A stretch of 64,000 nt of DNA from an uncultured Gammaproteobacteria bacterium (GTDB taxonomy: Bacteria; Pseudomonadota; Gammaproteobacteria; DRLM01), in NCBI GenBank assembly GCA_963729605.1, contig CAVSNY010000002.1:352001-416000 (forward strand), in the 5' to 3' direction. The notes beneath the pieces were generated by a model that ran no database searches, was not told where the DNA came from, and saw nothing but the letters and a program-made list of their open reading frames with translations. The translations under genes were made by a program, and so were the position numbers. Below, piece by piece: positions 1 through 10,018 of the stretch; positions within the stretch are counted from its first letter, which is position 1; the number at the start of each line of letters is the position of its first letter.

Positions 1-1
1 C

Positions 2-826
2 GCCATACTGCGCGGCGGTTCCGAGGCCCTGCGTTCCAACCAGGCCATCGCCGCCTGCGTGCGCGGCGGTTTGGAAAAGGCCGGGCTGCCGCTGGACGCG
101 GTGCAGGTGATCGAGACCACCGACCGCGCGGCGGTGGGTGAACTCATCACCATGAAAGACTTCGTGGACGTCATCGTGCCGCGCGGCGGCAAGGGCCTGA
201 TCGAGCGAGTCAGCGCCGAGGCGCGGGTGCCGGTGATCAAACACCTCGACGGCGTCTGCCATGTCTACATCGATGATAAGGCCGATCTCGACAAGGCGAT
301 TGCGATCGCCTACAACGCCAAGACCCAGCGTTACGGCACCTGCAACACCATGGAGGCGCTGCTGGTGGCGGAAGGCATCGCCGCGCGAGTCTTGCCGCGC
401 CTGGGCCGGATGTATCTGGAAAAAGGCGTCGAGCTGCGCGGCTGTCCGCGCAGCCGCGATTTGATACCGGATATCAAAGCCGCGGCTGATGATGACTGGG
501 GCACGGAATTTCTCGCGCCCATCCTCGCGGTGCGGGTGGTGGCGGATTTGGACGCGGCGCTCGCCCACATCGAACGCCACGGTTCGCGGCACACCGACGC
601 CATCGTCACCGAGGATTATTCGCGCGCGCGGCGTTTCCTGCGCGAAGTGGATTCCAGTTCGGTGATGGTCAATGCCTCGACCCGTTTCGCCGACGGGTTC
701 GAATACGGCCTCGGCGCCGAGATCGGCATCAGCACCGACAAGATACACGTGCGCGGCCCGGTCGGATTGGAAGGTCTCACCAGCCAGAAATACGTGGTGC
801 TGGGTGACGGGCATGTCAGGAAGTAA
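2..826 (+). CDS. proA: gamma-glutamyl phosphate reductase (5' truncated by window)
   Basis: Motifs [49 protein letters not shown]; frame open from base 2. Confidence 0.97.
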   Translation, partial: AILRGGSEALRSNQAIAACVRGGLEKAGLPLDAVQVIETTDRAAVGELITMKDFVDVIVPRGGKGLIERVSAEARVPVIKHLDGVCHVYIDDKADLDKAIAIAYNAKTQRYGTCNTMEALLVAEGIAARVLPRLGRMYLEKGVELRGCPRSRDLIPDIKAAADDDWGTEFLAPILAVRVVADLDAALAHIERHGSRHTDAIVTEDYSRARRFLREVDSSSVMVNASTRFADGFEYGLGAEIGISTDKIHVRGPVGLEGLTSQKYVVLGDGHVRK

Positions 827-891
827 CAGCAAGATTCGAGTGGCAAGGTTGCCTGCATGACCGATCCCCGCTTTCCTTGCCGCTTGCGCCC

Positions 892-1521
892 ATGATCGGC
901 ATTCTCGGCGGCACTTTCGATCCCATCCACTTCGGTCATCTGCGTCCGGCGCTGGAGTTGCAAGAGATGCTGGGCCTCGAGCAGTTGCGCGTGATTCCCT
1001 GCGGGACCCCGCCCCATCGCGACCCGCCGCGCGCCGGCGGCGCGCAGCGCCTGGCCATGTTGCGGCTGGCGCTGGCCGGTCAGCCGGGCCTGGTCATCGA
1101 CCCGCGCGAGCTGCAACGGCCGGGGCCTTCGTATATGGTGGACACGCTGATCTCGCTGCGGGAGGAATTGGGCGGCGTGCCGCTGGCGCTGATCATCGGC
1201 ATGGACGCCTTTCACGGCCTGGAGCGTTGGCATCGCTGGCGCGAATTGGTGGACCTCTGCCACTTGATCGTCGTCCATCGTCCCGGCTGGTTGGCGCCCG
1301 TCGAGGGTGAACTGGCGGCCCTGCTGGCGGCCCGCCAAGTGGGCGACGTGGCGGCGTTGCGCGGCCGGCCCGCCGGCGGTGTAGGGTTTTGCGCGGTGAC
1401 GCAGCTGGATATCTCGGCGTCGCGGATCCGCGAATTGGTGCGCGTGGGCCGCAGCCCGCGCTTTTTATTGCCCGATCCGGTGTTGGATTACATCACTACG
1501 ACGGGCCTGTATCGAGATTGA
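892..1521 (+). CDS. nadD: nicotinate-nucleotide adenylyltransferase
   Basis: GILGGTFDPIHFGHL, IIGMDAF, ISASRIR; proA-nadD-rsfS synteny (alternative TTG start at 877). Confidence 0.96.
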   Translation: MIGILGGTFDPIHFGHLRPALELQEMLGLEQLRVIPCGTPPHRDPPRAGGAQRLAMLRLALAGQPGLVIDPRELQRPGPSYMVDTLISLREELGGVPLALIIGMDAFHGLERWHRWRELVDLCHLIVVHRPGWLAPVEGELAALLAARQVGDVAALRGRPAGGVGFCAVTQLDISASRIRELVRVGRSPRFLLPDPVLDYITTTGLYRD

Positions 1522-1524
1522 CGA

Positions 1525-1890
1525 ATGACCAATGACAAAATGACCACCGATCAAATCCGCGACCTGGCGCTGGCCGCCTTGGACGACCTCAAGGCCAAGG
1601 ACGTGCAGGTGCTGGACGTGCGCAAGCTCACCAGCATCACCGATTACATGATCGTCGCCAGCGGCACCTCCAGCCGCCACGTGAAGGCCATCGCCGACAA
1701 CGTGGCGCTCAAGGCCAAGGCCGCCGGCCACCCGCCGCTCAGCGTGGAAGGCGAACGCGAGGCCGAATGGATCTTGGTGGATTTGTTCGACGTGGTGGTG
1801 CACGTCATGCTGCCGGACACCCGCGCGTTTTACCAATTGGAAAAACTCTGGGAGTTCGACGCGGCGCAGGAACGCAAAACGCGGGCTTGA
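1525..1890 (+). CDS. rsfS: ribosome silencing factor
   Basis: DLKAKD, IVASGTSSRHV, WILVDLFDVVVHVM, FYQLEKLW. Confidence 0.96.
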   Translation: MTNDKMTTDQIRDLALAALDDLKAKDVQVLDVRKLTSITDYMIVASGTSSRHVKAIADNVALKAKAAGHPPLSVEGEREAEWILVDLFDVVVHVMLPDTRAFYQLEKLWEFDAAQERKTRA

Positions 1891-1909
1891 TCCGCGCGCG
1901 AGGCCGCCG

Positions 1910-2380
1910 GTGCGCATTCATCTCATCGCCGTGGGCAACCGCATGCCGGAGTGGGTCAACACCGCTTACGGCGAATTCGCCGGCCGCCTGCCCCCCGAAT
2001 CCCGCCTGCATTTGATCGAGATCGCGCCCGGCCGCCGCGGCAAGGGCGCCGACTTGGCGCGGGCCATCGCGGAAGAAGGCGAACGTATGCTCGCCGCCCT
2101 CCCCAAAAACGCCTATGTCATCGCCCTCGACGTCAAAGGCAAAGGCTGGTCCACCGAAACCTTGGCGCAACAGTTCGCCGCCTGGCAGCAAGACGGCCGC
2201 GACGTGGCGCTGCTGGTGGGCGGGCCCGACGGCCTGGCCGATGCATGCCGGACCCGCGCCGATCTGGCGTGGTCGCTGTCGCCGCTGACCTTGCCGCACA
2301 TGCTGGTGCGCATCGTGGTCGCCGAGCAGTTGTACCGGGCGTGGAGCCTGTTGCATGGTCACCCTTATCACCGCGCTTGA
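1910..2380 (+). CDS. rlmH: 23S rRNA m3Psi1915 methyltransferase
   Basis: VGGPDGL, SLSPLTLPH, EQLYRAWS, HPYHR. Confidence 0.97.
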   Translation: MRIHLIAVGNRMPEWVNTAYGEFAGRLPPESRLHLIEIAPGRRGKGADLARAIAEEGERMLAALPKNAYVIALDVKGKGWSTETLAQQFAAWQQDGRDVALLVGGPDGLADACRTRADLAWSLSPLTLPHMLVRIVVAEQLYRAWSLLHGHPYHRA

Positions 2381-2388
2381 AGCTAAAA

Positions 2389-2519
2389 ACCACCGATGCC
2401 AATCACGGAGATCACGGAGAATCGCGCCGTTGCGGCATCGGGCGGGTTCACCTGCCCGGTGGCTTCGGCCGGGACGCGCCGCCGGATTTTCCTCCGTGAA
2501 CCCCGTGCCCTCCGTGGTC
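2389..2519. repeat. intergenic inverted-repeat element (CACGGAG / CTCCGTG repeat family, MITE/REP-like)
   Basis: Left arm aatCACGGAGatCACGGAGa; right arm CTCCGTGaacCCCGTGccCTCCGTGgt is its inverted counterpart. Confidence 0.6.
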
Positions 2520-2544
2520 CATCGTTTTTTTTCGGGTTGAACCG

Positions 2545-3126
2545 ATGACCGGCGCCGCGCCTTTTATTTATTTGGCCTCGACGTCGCCGCGCCGCCGCGA
2601 ACTGCTCGAGCAAATCGGCGTGGCTTATCGGGTGATCGGCGCGGCGGTGGACGAAACGCCGCGCGATGGCGAAGCGCCGGAGGTATACGTGTTGCGGATG
2701 GCCTTGGAGAAGGCCCGCGCCGGCCGGGCACGGGCGCCCGACAAAACCCGCGCCGTGCTCGGCGCCGACACCGCGGTGGTGATCGGCGGCGCGGTGCTGG
2801 GCAAGCCGCGCGATCGCGCCGACGGCATCGCGATGTTGCGCCGGCTTTCCGGTGTGACTCATCATGTATACACCGGAGTGGCCTTGGTGGACGGCGAGCG
2901 CGAGGCCAGCCGCCTGAGCGTGAGCGCGGTGAGTTTCCGCGCGATACCCGAACACGAATGCGTGGCCTATTGGGACGGCGGCGAACCGGCCGACAAGGCC
3001 GGCGGGTATGCGATCCAAGGCCGCGGCGCCGTGTTCGTCTCCCGCCTGGAAGGAAGTTATTCCGGGGTGATGGGCTTGCCCTTGTTCGAAACCGCCGAAT
3101 TGCTGCATGAATTCGGCCTGTTTTAG
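2545..3126 (+). CDS. maf: Maf/YhdE nucleoside triphosphate pyrophosphatase
   Basis: [38 protein letters not shown]. Confidence 0.96.
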   Translation: MTGAAPFIYLASTSPRRRELLEQIGVAYRVIGAAVDETPRDGEAPEVYVLRMALEKARAGRARAPDKTRAVLGADTAVVIGGAVLGKPRDRADGIAMLRRLSGVTHHVYTGVALVDGEREASRLSVSAVSFRAIPEHECVAYWDGGEPADKAGGYAIQGRGAVFVSRLEGSYSGVMGLPLFETAELLHEFGLF

Positions 3127-3152
3127 CTGCGGCGAAACATGAGCGGAAAGCG

Positions 3153-4625
3153 ATGAGCGAAGAAATCCTAATCAACGTCACGCCCCAGGAGACCCGCATC
3201 GCGCTGGTGGAAAACGGCGTGCTGCAAGAAGTGCACGTCGAGCGCGCGCGGCGCCGCGGCCTGGTCGGCAATATTTATAAAGGCTACGTCAGCCGGGTGT
3301 TGCCGGGCATGCAGGCGGCCTTCGTCGATATCGGTCTCGACCGCGCGGCTTTCCTGCACGCCTCCGACATCATCAATCAGCCGGTGGAAGGCGCGCCGCC
3401 GCCCGAGGAAAAGGGCGTTGCGCCCATCAACGAGCTGGTGCGCGAAGGCCAGGAGATCATGGTGCAGGTCATCAAGGATCCGCTCGGCACCAAGGGCGCG
3501 CGCCTCACCACCCACATCACCATCCCCTCGCGTTATCTGGTGCTGATGCCCACGTCGCGCACGGTGGGCATCTCGCAAAAGATCGAGAGCGAGGCGCTGC
3601 GCAACCGTCTCAAGGACAGCGTGATCGTCATGGCGGGCGATCTCGAGCAAGGCGGTTACATCATCCGCACCGCGGCGGAGGGCGCCGACGGCGACGCGCT
3701 GCGCGCCGACATGGAATATCTGCGCAAACTCTGGGGCTCGATCAGCGAACAGGCCAAGGCGGCCTCGCCGGGCAGCGTGGTATACGAGGATTTACCGCTG
3801 GTGTTGCGGTCCCTGCGCGACCTGGTGGACGTCGATGTGGAAAAGGTCCGCATCGATTCGCGGGAAAATTATAAAAGGGCGCTGGCCTTCGCCGAGCAAT
3901 TCGTGCCGCAGGTGGCGGCGCGCATCGAATATTATCCCGGCGAGCGGCCGATCTTCGATTTGTACGGCGTCGAGGACGAGATCGACAAGGCCCTCGAACG
4001 CAAGGTGCTGCTCAAGTCCGGCGGTTATCTGATCATCGACCAGACCGAGGCGATGACCACCGTCGACGTCAACACCGGCGCCTACGTCGGCCACCGCACC
4101 TTGGAAGAAACCATTTTCAAGACCAATCTCGAAGCGGCGCAGGCCATCGCCCGCCAGCTGCGGCTGCGCAATCTGGGCGGCATCATCATCATCGACTTCA
4201 TCGATATGACCGAGGAGGACCACAAGCGCCAGGTGCTGGCGGCCTTGCAGAAACATCTGGAGCGCGACCGCGCCAAGAGTCACATCAGCGAGGTCTCGGC
4301 GCTGGGCCTGGTGGAGATGACCCGCAAGCGGACGCGGGAAAGTCTGGAACACGTGTTGTGCGCCGCCTGCCCCACCTGTCACGGCCGCGGCTCGCTGAAG
4401 ACGCCGGAGACCGTGTGTTTCGAAATCTTCCGCGAATTGCTGCGGGTGGCGCGCCAGTTCGACGTGCAGCAGTTCCTGGTGCTGGCGGCGCAGGACGTGG
4501 TGGACATATTGCTGGACGAAGAGGCCACCAGCCTCGCCGAGCTGGAGGAATTCATCGGCAAGCCCATCAAGCTGCAAGTGGAGTCGCTCTACAGCCAAGA
4601 GCAGTTCGACGTGGTGCTGGTCTAG
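3153..4625 (+). CDS. rng: ribonuclease G
   Basis: GNIYKG S1 domain, DVNTG, GGIIIIDFIDM, CPTCHGRG; 490 aa; follows maf. Confidence 0.97.
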   Translation: MSEEILINVTPQETRIALVENGVLQEVHVERARRRGLVGNIYKGYVSRVLPGMQAAFVDIGLDRAAFLHASDIINQPVEGAPPPEEKGVAPINELVREGQEIMVQVIKDPLGTKGARLTTHITIPSRYLVLMPTSRTVGISQKIESEALRNRLKDSVIVMAGDLEQGGYIIRTAAEGADGDALRADMEYLRKLWGSISEQAKAASPGSVVYEDLPLVLRSLRDLVDVDVEKVRIDSRENYKRALAFAEQFVPQVAARIEYYPGERPIFDLYGVEDEIDKALERKVLLKSGGYLIIDQTEAMTTVDVNTGAYVGHRTLEETIFKTNLEAAQAIARQLRLRNLGGIIIIDFIDMTEEDHKRQVLAALQKHLERDRAKSHISEVSALGLVEMTRKRTRESLEHVLCAACPTCHGRGSLKTPETVCFEIFRELLRVARQFDVQQFLVLAAQDVVDILLDEEATSLAELEEFIGKPIKLQVESLYSQEQFDVVLV

Positions 4626-4705
4626 GGTATGTCGACCGCTCCTGGCGCGGCCGGCCGGCGCGTATCCTGGATTACCGCGCCGCATCCGGCTGATGCGGGC
4701 GTGGC

Positions 4706-7700
4706 GTGACCTCGCGCCCTTTTTTCCGCTCCTTTCTCCGCGTTTGCCGGATCAGTCTGATCGTGGCGGTGGTCATGGTCGCGCTGGTCTTGAGCGCGAC
4801 GCGTCTGCTGTTGCCCATGGCCGACGATTATCACGACGAGTTGGCGGATTGGATAGGCGGATTGCTCGAGCATCCGGTGCGTATCCAAGGCTTGGGCATG
4901 AGTTGGCATGGCCTCGGTCCCAGCATCGAGCTCGACGGCGTCTCCGTGCTGGACGGCGCCGGCGCGCAGATATTGTTGCGATGCGATTCGGCGCGCATCG
5001 ACATCGACGTGGTCTCCTCGCTGCGCCACTGGCAGGTGGAGCTGGGACAACTCACGGTGCGCGGCGCCCAGGTCTCGGTGCTGCGCCAGGAGGACGGTAC
5101 GCTGGCGGTGATGGGCCTCGACAATCTCGACGACATGAGCCCCGATCCCGCGGCGCAACAGGCCTTCAAACAATGGCTGGCGCGGCAGCGGCGGCTGGTG
5201 ATGGAAGACAGCACCGTGCACTGGCGTGATCTTACCCGGCACGGCGAGGTGTTCGCTTTCCGCGGCGTGCAGGTGCGCCTGCGCAATCGCGGCGCGGCTC
5301 ATCACTTGGAGATGACGGCGGACTTGCCCGAGCAGCTCGGCAACCAGTTCAGCCTGCTGGCCGAGGTGCGCGGTGATTTGTTCCGGCCCGCGGCCTGGGA
5401 CGGCCGATTGTACGTGCGCGGCATGGGCCTCCGCGCCGCGGCGTGGGGCGACATCTACGCGTGGCCGCGCGTCGCGGTGCGCGACGGCATTCTGGATTTC
5501 ACGCTGTGGAGCGAATGGCGGAACGGGTTGCAGCAAGTCTCCGGCGACGTGAACGCGTTCACGCCGGTGATCGAAATCGCGCCGGCGGAGCCGGCACCCG
5601 GCCATTCACTCACCGCGGCGATACCCGTCGAAACGGCGGGCGCGGCGGCGCCGGACCAAACGGCCGCGCCCAACCACAGCGTATCGCTCGCCCGCGCGCA
5701 GGCTCAATTCAACTGGCGGCAAGTGCCCGGCGGCTGGCTATTGGACGTCGATCGGTTTTCCCTGCAAAACGGCGCGGCGCCGGCCTGGCCGCCGTCGCAA
5801 GCGCGGGTGAGTTACCGCAACGGCGAAGGCCAGGCGCGGCCGCAAGTGGAGGCCGCCTTCAGTCATGTGAATCTGGCCGACGCGCTGGGCCTCGCCTGGC
5901 AGGCCGGCGCGGTGCCCGAGGCGCAGCGCGAACGTGTCGCGCAACTCGCGCCGCGCGGCGAGTTGCACGACGCTTACCTGCGTTATCAATGGGGCGGCGA
6001 CGCGCCGCCGGCGTGGCTGTTGCGTACCGGCTTCCGGCACCTGACCCTGGCCGCCGGCGAATCGCTGCCGGGGGTGAGCGGTTTGAGCGGAAACCTGGTC
6101 AGCGACGGCGCGCGGGGCGTGGTGAATCTCGCGAGCGGGGCGGGCGAACTCGACGCCGGGCGATGGTTCCGCGCGCCGTTGCCGCTCAGCGCGGTGGAGG
6201 GCCAAGTGGCCTGGCGGCGCGTGGGCGAGAGCTGGCAGGTGTTAAGCCACGGCCTGCGCCTGCGCAACGACGACATCGGCGGCGAGGCGGCTTTTCGTAT
6301 CGTGGGCACCGGCGTCGCCGCGCCCTATATCGATCTGCACGTCGCCTTCGCCGACGGCAAGGGTGAACACACCGGCCGTTATCTGCCGGCCCGCGTCTTG
6401 TCGCCCCGCACCGTCGCCTGGCTGGACCAGGCCATCGTCGCGGCCCGCGTGCCGCGCGGCACGATGCGACTGGAAGGCTGGCTCAGCGAGTTTCCCTACG
6501 ATCGCGGCGGCGGCGTGTTCGAGGTGCGGTTTGATGTGAATGACGGGATATTGAATTACGCGGCAGGGTGGCCGCGCTTGGAGGGGATCACCGCCGGGGT
6601 GTTGTTCCGCGGCCGCGGCCTCGAGATCAACGCCGGCGCGGCCACGTCGCTGAGCAGCAGCGTGACGCGCGTCAAGGCGTCCATTGCCGATCTGGCCGCG
6701 CGCGTGCCGATGCTCACCCTCGACGGCGAGGCGCACGGCCCCACCGCCGATGCGTTGAGGCATGTGTTGGAAAGTCCGCTGCGGGAGACCGCCGGCCAGT
6801 ATCTGGACGGCATGTCCGCCCAGGGGTCGAGCCGCTTGAAGCTCGCCGTGCGCCTGCCGCTGGCCGAGCATCGGCCGGCGCGGGTGAGCGGTAGCCTGAT
6901 GTTCGACGACAGCGGTTTGAGTCTGCCCGACAGCGGGGTGGAGCTCACCGGCATCCGCGGCGAGCTGGAGTTTACCGAGACCGGTTTGCGGGCGCGGGAA
7001 ATCCTCGCCCGCATCATCGACCAGCCCGTAGTGATCAAGGTGCGCAGCGAGACCGCCGGCGCGGCGCACGTCACGCTGTTCGAGGCCCGGGGTTACGCCG
7101 ACGCGGCGGCGGTCGCGAAAAAATTTCTGCCGGGCTTGGCGCCGCGGCTGAGCGGCACCGCGCCGTGGCGCGGCGAGTTGCGGGTCGCGCCGCCGGAACA
7201 CGGCGGGCTGCGCCTGCAAGTCGATTCGTCCTTGCTGGGTGTCGAGTTGCGCCTGCCCGATCCGTTCCGCAAGGCGACGGATGACGAACGGCCGTTGTCG
7301 CTCGGCTTGCCTCTGCCGCTGGCCGCCGGGCGGACGCTACGAGTCGATTACGGTGACCGCGCCAACGCGCGGCTGGTGCTGGCGGCGCGGGCGGACGGCG
7401 AGCCGGCGATACGGCGCGGTGAGCTGCGCTTCGGCGCCGAGGCGGCCAAATTGCCGGACGAGGGGCTGCGGGTGCGCGGCGCGCTCGACCGCTTCGCCCC
7501 GGCCGAGTGGGCGGCGTTGTGGCCGGCGGAGCCGCCGGAGAAAAACCGCACGCCCGGCGCCGGCGATGTGGCCGTGGAGTTGGACGTGCGGATCGGCGCG
7601 TTGGAGCTGCTGGGACAGCGATTCCCGGACACCGACTTGCGCGCGACGCGGCGCGCGGGGGTGTGGGAGATGGCGCTCGACGGTCCGCGCGCGGCGGGGA

Positions 7701-8653
7701 AAGTGCATATTCCCGCCGGGCTCGATGAACCGGTGGTGGCGGAGATGCGGCGCGTGTATTTCGCCGGGGCGTCCGACCAGGGCGGCGGCGCGGCCAAGGC
7801 GGAGTCCAATCCCGATCCGCGGCAACTGCCGCCGCTGCGGATGCGGGTCGATCATTTCCGTTACGGCGGACTGGACCTCGGCGCGGTGTCGCTGCGCACC
7901 TCGCGCAATGAACGGGGAATGGCGGTGGACGAGTTCAGCGGACGCGCGCCGGGGCAACGCACGGACATCAGCGGCCGCTGGGAGGTGTTGAACGATGGGC
8001 CGCGCTCGACGTTTTCCGTCGCCTTCGACAGCGACGACGTGGGCGAGACCCTGCGCGCCGCGGGGTATGCCGATATCATCAAAGCTGGCAAGATGCACAC
8101 CGGCATGGAATTGAGCTGGCCCGGCGCGCCGGCGGACTTCGCCATGGCGCGCGCCCAAGGGAAGCTGGCGCTCAAGATCGAAGACGGCCGCTTGCTGGAT
8201 GTGAGTCCCGGCGCCGGACGGATTCTCGGGCTGTTGAGTTTTCAGGCCCTGCCGCGGCGGCTCAGCCTGGATTTCAGCGATCTGTTTCAGAAAGGCTTCG
8301 CTTTTGATCGCATCGAAGGTAACTTCGTCATTGAAAACGGCGAGGCCGTGACCGATAACTTGTTCATGGACGGCCCCTCGGCACACATCTTGGCGCGCGG
8401 CCGGGTGGGGTTGGCGGCGGAAGACTACGATCAACGCGTCACGGTCATCCCCAATATGAGCGGCGGTCTGCCGCTGGCGGCGGCCTTGGCCGGCGGCGTG
8501 GTGCCGGGCGCGGCGATGTTGCTGGTCGAGCGTTTGTTCAAGCCGCAGATCGACAACGTGGGTCGGGTCGAATATCAGGTGACGGGGCCATGGTCGGCGC
8601 CGGTGGTGGAGCGGATCGACGCCGGCACGGAGACCCGTCGGGAAAATAAATGA
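4706..8653 (+). CDS. yhdP: YhdP (AsmA-like) phospholipid bridge protein
   Basis: 1315 aa, N-terminal TM helix, C-terminal LPRRLSLDFSDLF...YQVTGPW; rng-yhdP-nit-tldD synteny. Confidence 0.93.
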   Translation: MTSRPFFRSFLRVCRISLIVAVVMVALVLSATRLLLPMADDYHDELADWIGGLLEHPVRIQGLGMSWHGLGPSIELDGVSVLDGAGAQILLRCDSARIDIDVVSSLRHWQVELGQLTVRGAQVSVLRQEDGTLAVMGLDNLDDMSPDPAAQQAFKQWLARQRRLVMEDSTVHWRDLTRHGEVFAFRGVQVRLRNRGAAHHLEMTADLPEQLGNQFSLLAEVRGDLFRPAAWDGRLYVRGMGLRAAAWGDIYAWPRVAVRDGILDFTLWSEWRNGLQQVSGDVNAFTPVIEIAPAEPAPGHSLTAAIPVETAGAAAPDQTAAPNHSVSLARAQAQFNWRQVPGGWLLDVDRFSLQNGAAPAWPPSQARVSYRNGEGQARPQVEAAFSHVNLADALGLAWQAGAVPEAQRERVAQLAPRGELHDAYLRYQWGGDAPPAWLLRTGFRHLTLAAGESLPGVSGLSGNLVSDGARGVVNLASGAGELDAGRWFRAPLPLSAVEGQVAWRRVGESWQVLSHGLRLRNDDIGGEAAFRIVGTGVAAPYIDLHVAFADGKGEHTGRYLPARVLSPRTVAWLDQAIVAARVPRGTMRLEGWLSEFPYDRGGGVFEVRFDVNDGILNYAAGWPRLEGITAGVLFRGRGLEINAGAATSLSSSVTRVKASIADLAARVPMLTLDGEAHGPTADALRHVLESPLRETAGQYLDGMSAQGSSRLKLAVRLPLAEHRPARVSGSLMFDDSGLSLPDSGVELTGIRGELEFTETGLRAREILARIIDQPVVIKVRSETAGAAHVTLFEARGYADAAAVAKKFLPGLAPRLSGTAPWRGELRVAPPEHGGLRLQVDSSLLGVELRLPDPFRKATDDERPLSLGLPLPLAAGRTLRVDYGDRANARLVLAARADGEPAIRRGELRFGAEAAKLPDEGLRVRGALDRFAPAEWAALWPAEPPEKNRTPGAGDVAVELDVRIGALELLGQRFPDTDLRATRRAGVWEMALDGPRAAGKVHIPAGLDEPVVAEMRRVYFAGASDQGGGAAKAESNPDPRQLPPLRMRVDHFRYGGLDLGAVSLRTSRNERGMAVDEFSGRAPGQRTDISGRWEVLNDGPRSTFSVAFDSDDVGETLRAAGYADIIKAGKMHTGMELSWPGAPADFAMARAQGKLALKIEDGRLLDVSPGAGRILGLLSFQALPRRLSLDFSDLFQKGFAFDRIEGNFVIENGEAVTDNLFMDGPSAHILARGRVGLAAEDYDQRVTVIPNMSGGLPLAAALAGGVVPGAAMLLVERLFKPQIDNVGRVEYQVTGPWSAPVVERIDAGTETRRENK

Positions 8654-9084
8654 TGCATGAGTCACGAGGAGAACGCAGCGTGGTGGATGTGCGAGCCAAC
8701 CCAGATTTGTTTCGAGCCCGGAGCGGGCGGCGGCCGATCGCGGCCGCGGCGGTGTTGGCGATAGGGATGGCGGGCGCGCAGGCCGCGCCCGCCGAGTGGC
8801 CGCTGAGCGCCGACGCCTGGGCGGTGCCGCGCCAGGCGGAAACCATTCTGTCCATGACGCCGGTGGTATCGGCGGTGCAGGCCTTGCTGGCCGACCCGCG
8901 GGGGCGCTTGACCTTGCTGCATCCCGCCGGTGAAGAAGGCGCGCTGTGGGCCGCGGAATTGCGGGCGTGGCTGGTGGGCTTGGGCGTCGATACTCAGCGC
9001 ATCCAGTTGCGGGCGGCCGCGGCGGGCGCGCGGAATTTGACCTTGTCGGTCGCCGCCGCGCCGGCGCGGGGGGTGGCGCCATGA
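8650..9084 (+). CDS. exported hypothetical protein
   Basis: Overlaps yhdP stop and nitrilase start; signal-peptide-like AAAVLAIGMAGAQA; start uncertain. Confidence 0.65.
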   Translation: MMHESRGERSVVDVRANPDLFRARSGRRPIAAAAVLAIGMAGAQAAPAEWPLSADAWAVPRQAETILSMTPVVSAVQALLADPRGRLTLLHPAGEEGALWAAELRAWLVGLGVDTQRIQLRAAAAGARNLTLSVAAAPARGVAP

Positions 9085-9917
9085 GCCGGGTGGTCGCGGT
9101 GCAAATGGCCTCCGGCCCCAACGTCAGCGCCAATCTGATCGAGGCCGGCCGCCTCATCGCCCGCGCGGCGCGCGATCACGCCGCCAAGCTGGTGGTGCTG
9201 CCGGAGAATTTCGCGATCATGGGGCTCACCGAGCAGGACAAGGTGAAGGCCCGCGAGCAGGACGGCAAAGGTCCCATCCAGGATTTCCTCGCCAACCAGG
9301 CCGCCAAACACGGCGTGTGGCTGGTGGGCGGCACCATCCCCTTGGCCGCGCGCGACGAAAAAAAGGTACGCGCCGCCTGCCTGCTGATCGACGGCCGCGG
9401 CCAGCGGGTGGTGCGCTACGACAAGATGCACATGTTCGACGTGCACATCAGCGAGACCGGTGAAAATTACGCCGAGTCGCAGACCATTGAGGCGGGCGAA
9501 TCGCTGGTGGTGGTGGACACGCCCTTCGGCAAGCTCGGTCTGGCGGTCTGTTACGATTTGCGATTCCCCGAGCTGTTCCGCGCCATGCTCGCGCAAGGCA
9601 TGGAAGTGCTGGCGGTGCCGTCGGCCTTCACCGCCGTCACCGGCATGGCGCATTGGGAGATCCTGGTGCGGGCCCGCGCCGTGGAGAATCTCTGCTACGT
9701 GGTCGCGGCGGCGCAGGGCGGCTATCACGCCAACGGCCGCGAGACCCACGGCGACAGCATGATCGTCGATCCCTGGGGGATGGTGCTCGACCGCCTGCCG
9801 CGCGGTTCGGGGGTGGTGGGCGCCGACATCGAGCCGGCGCGCCTGCGCAGCATCCGCCGCAATTTCCCCGCGATTCAGCATCAACGTTTGCAGTGCCGTT
9901 TACCCGACGGCAAATAA
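9081..9917 (+). CDS. carbon-nitrogen hydrolase (Nit1 / deaminated-glutathione amidase type)
   Basis: LPENF, YDKMHMFD, VCYDLRFPE catalytic E-K-C triad; ATG at 9081. Confidence 0.93.
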   Translation: MSRVVAVQMASGPNVSANLIEAGRLIARAARDHAAKLVVLPENFAIMGLTEQDKVKAREQDGKGPIQDFLANQAAKHGVWLVGGTIPLAARDEKKVRAACLLIDGRGQRVVRYDKMHMFDVHISETGENYAESQTIEAGESLVVVDTPFGKLGLAVCYDLRFPELFRAMLAQGMEVLAVPSAFTAVTGMAHWEILVRARAVENLCYVVAAAQGGYHANGRETHGDSMIVDPWGMVLDRLPRGSGVVGADIEPARLRSIRRNFPAIQHQRLQCRLPDGK

Positions 9918-10018
9918 ATCCGTCCCCGCCGCGCGGCGGGAGAGTATGTTAGGCTAACCCCCATCGCGCGCTGCGGCGCGCGGCCTTTTTTTACAGCGGA
10001 TCACACACGGATACTCGC

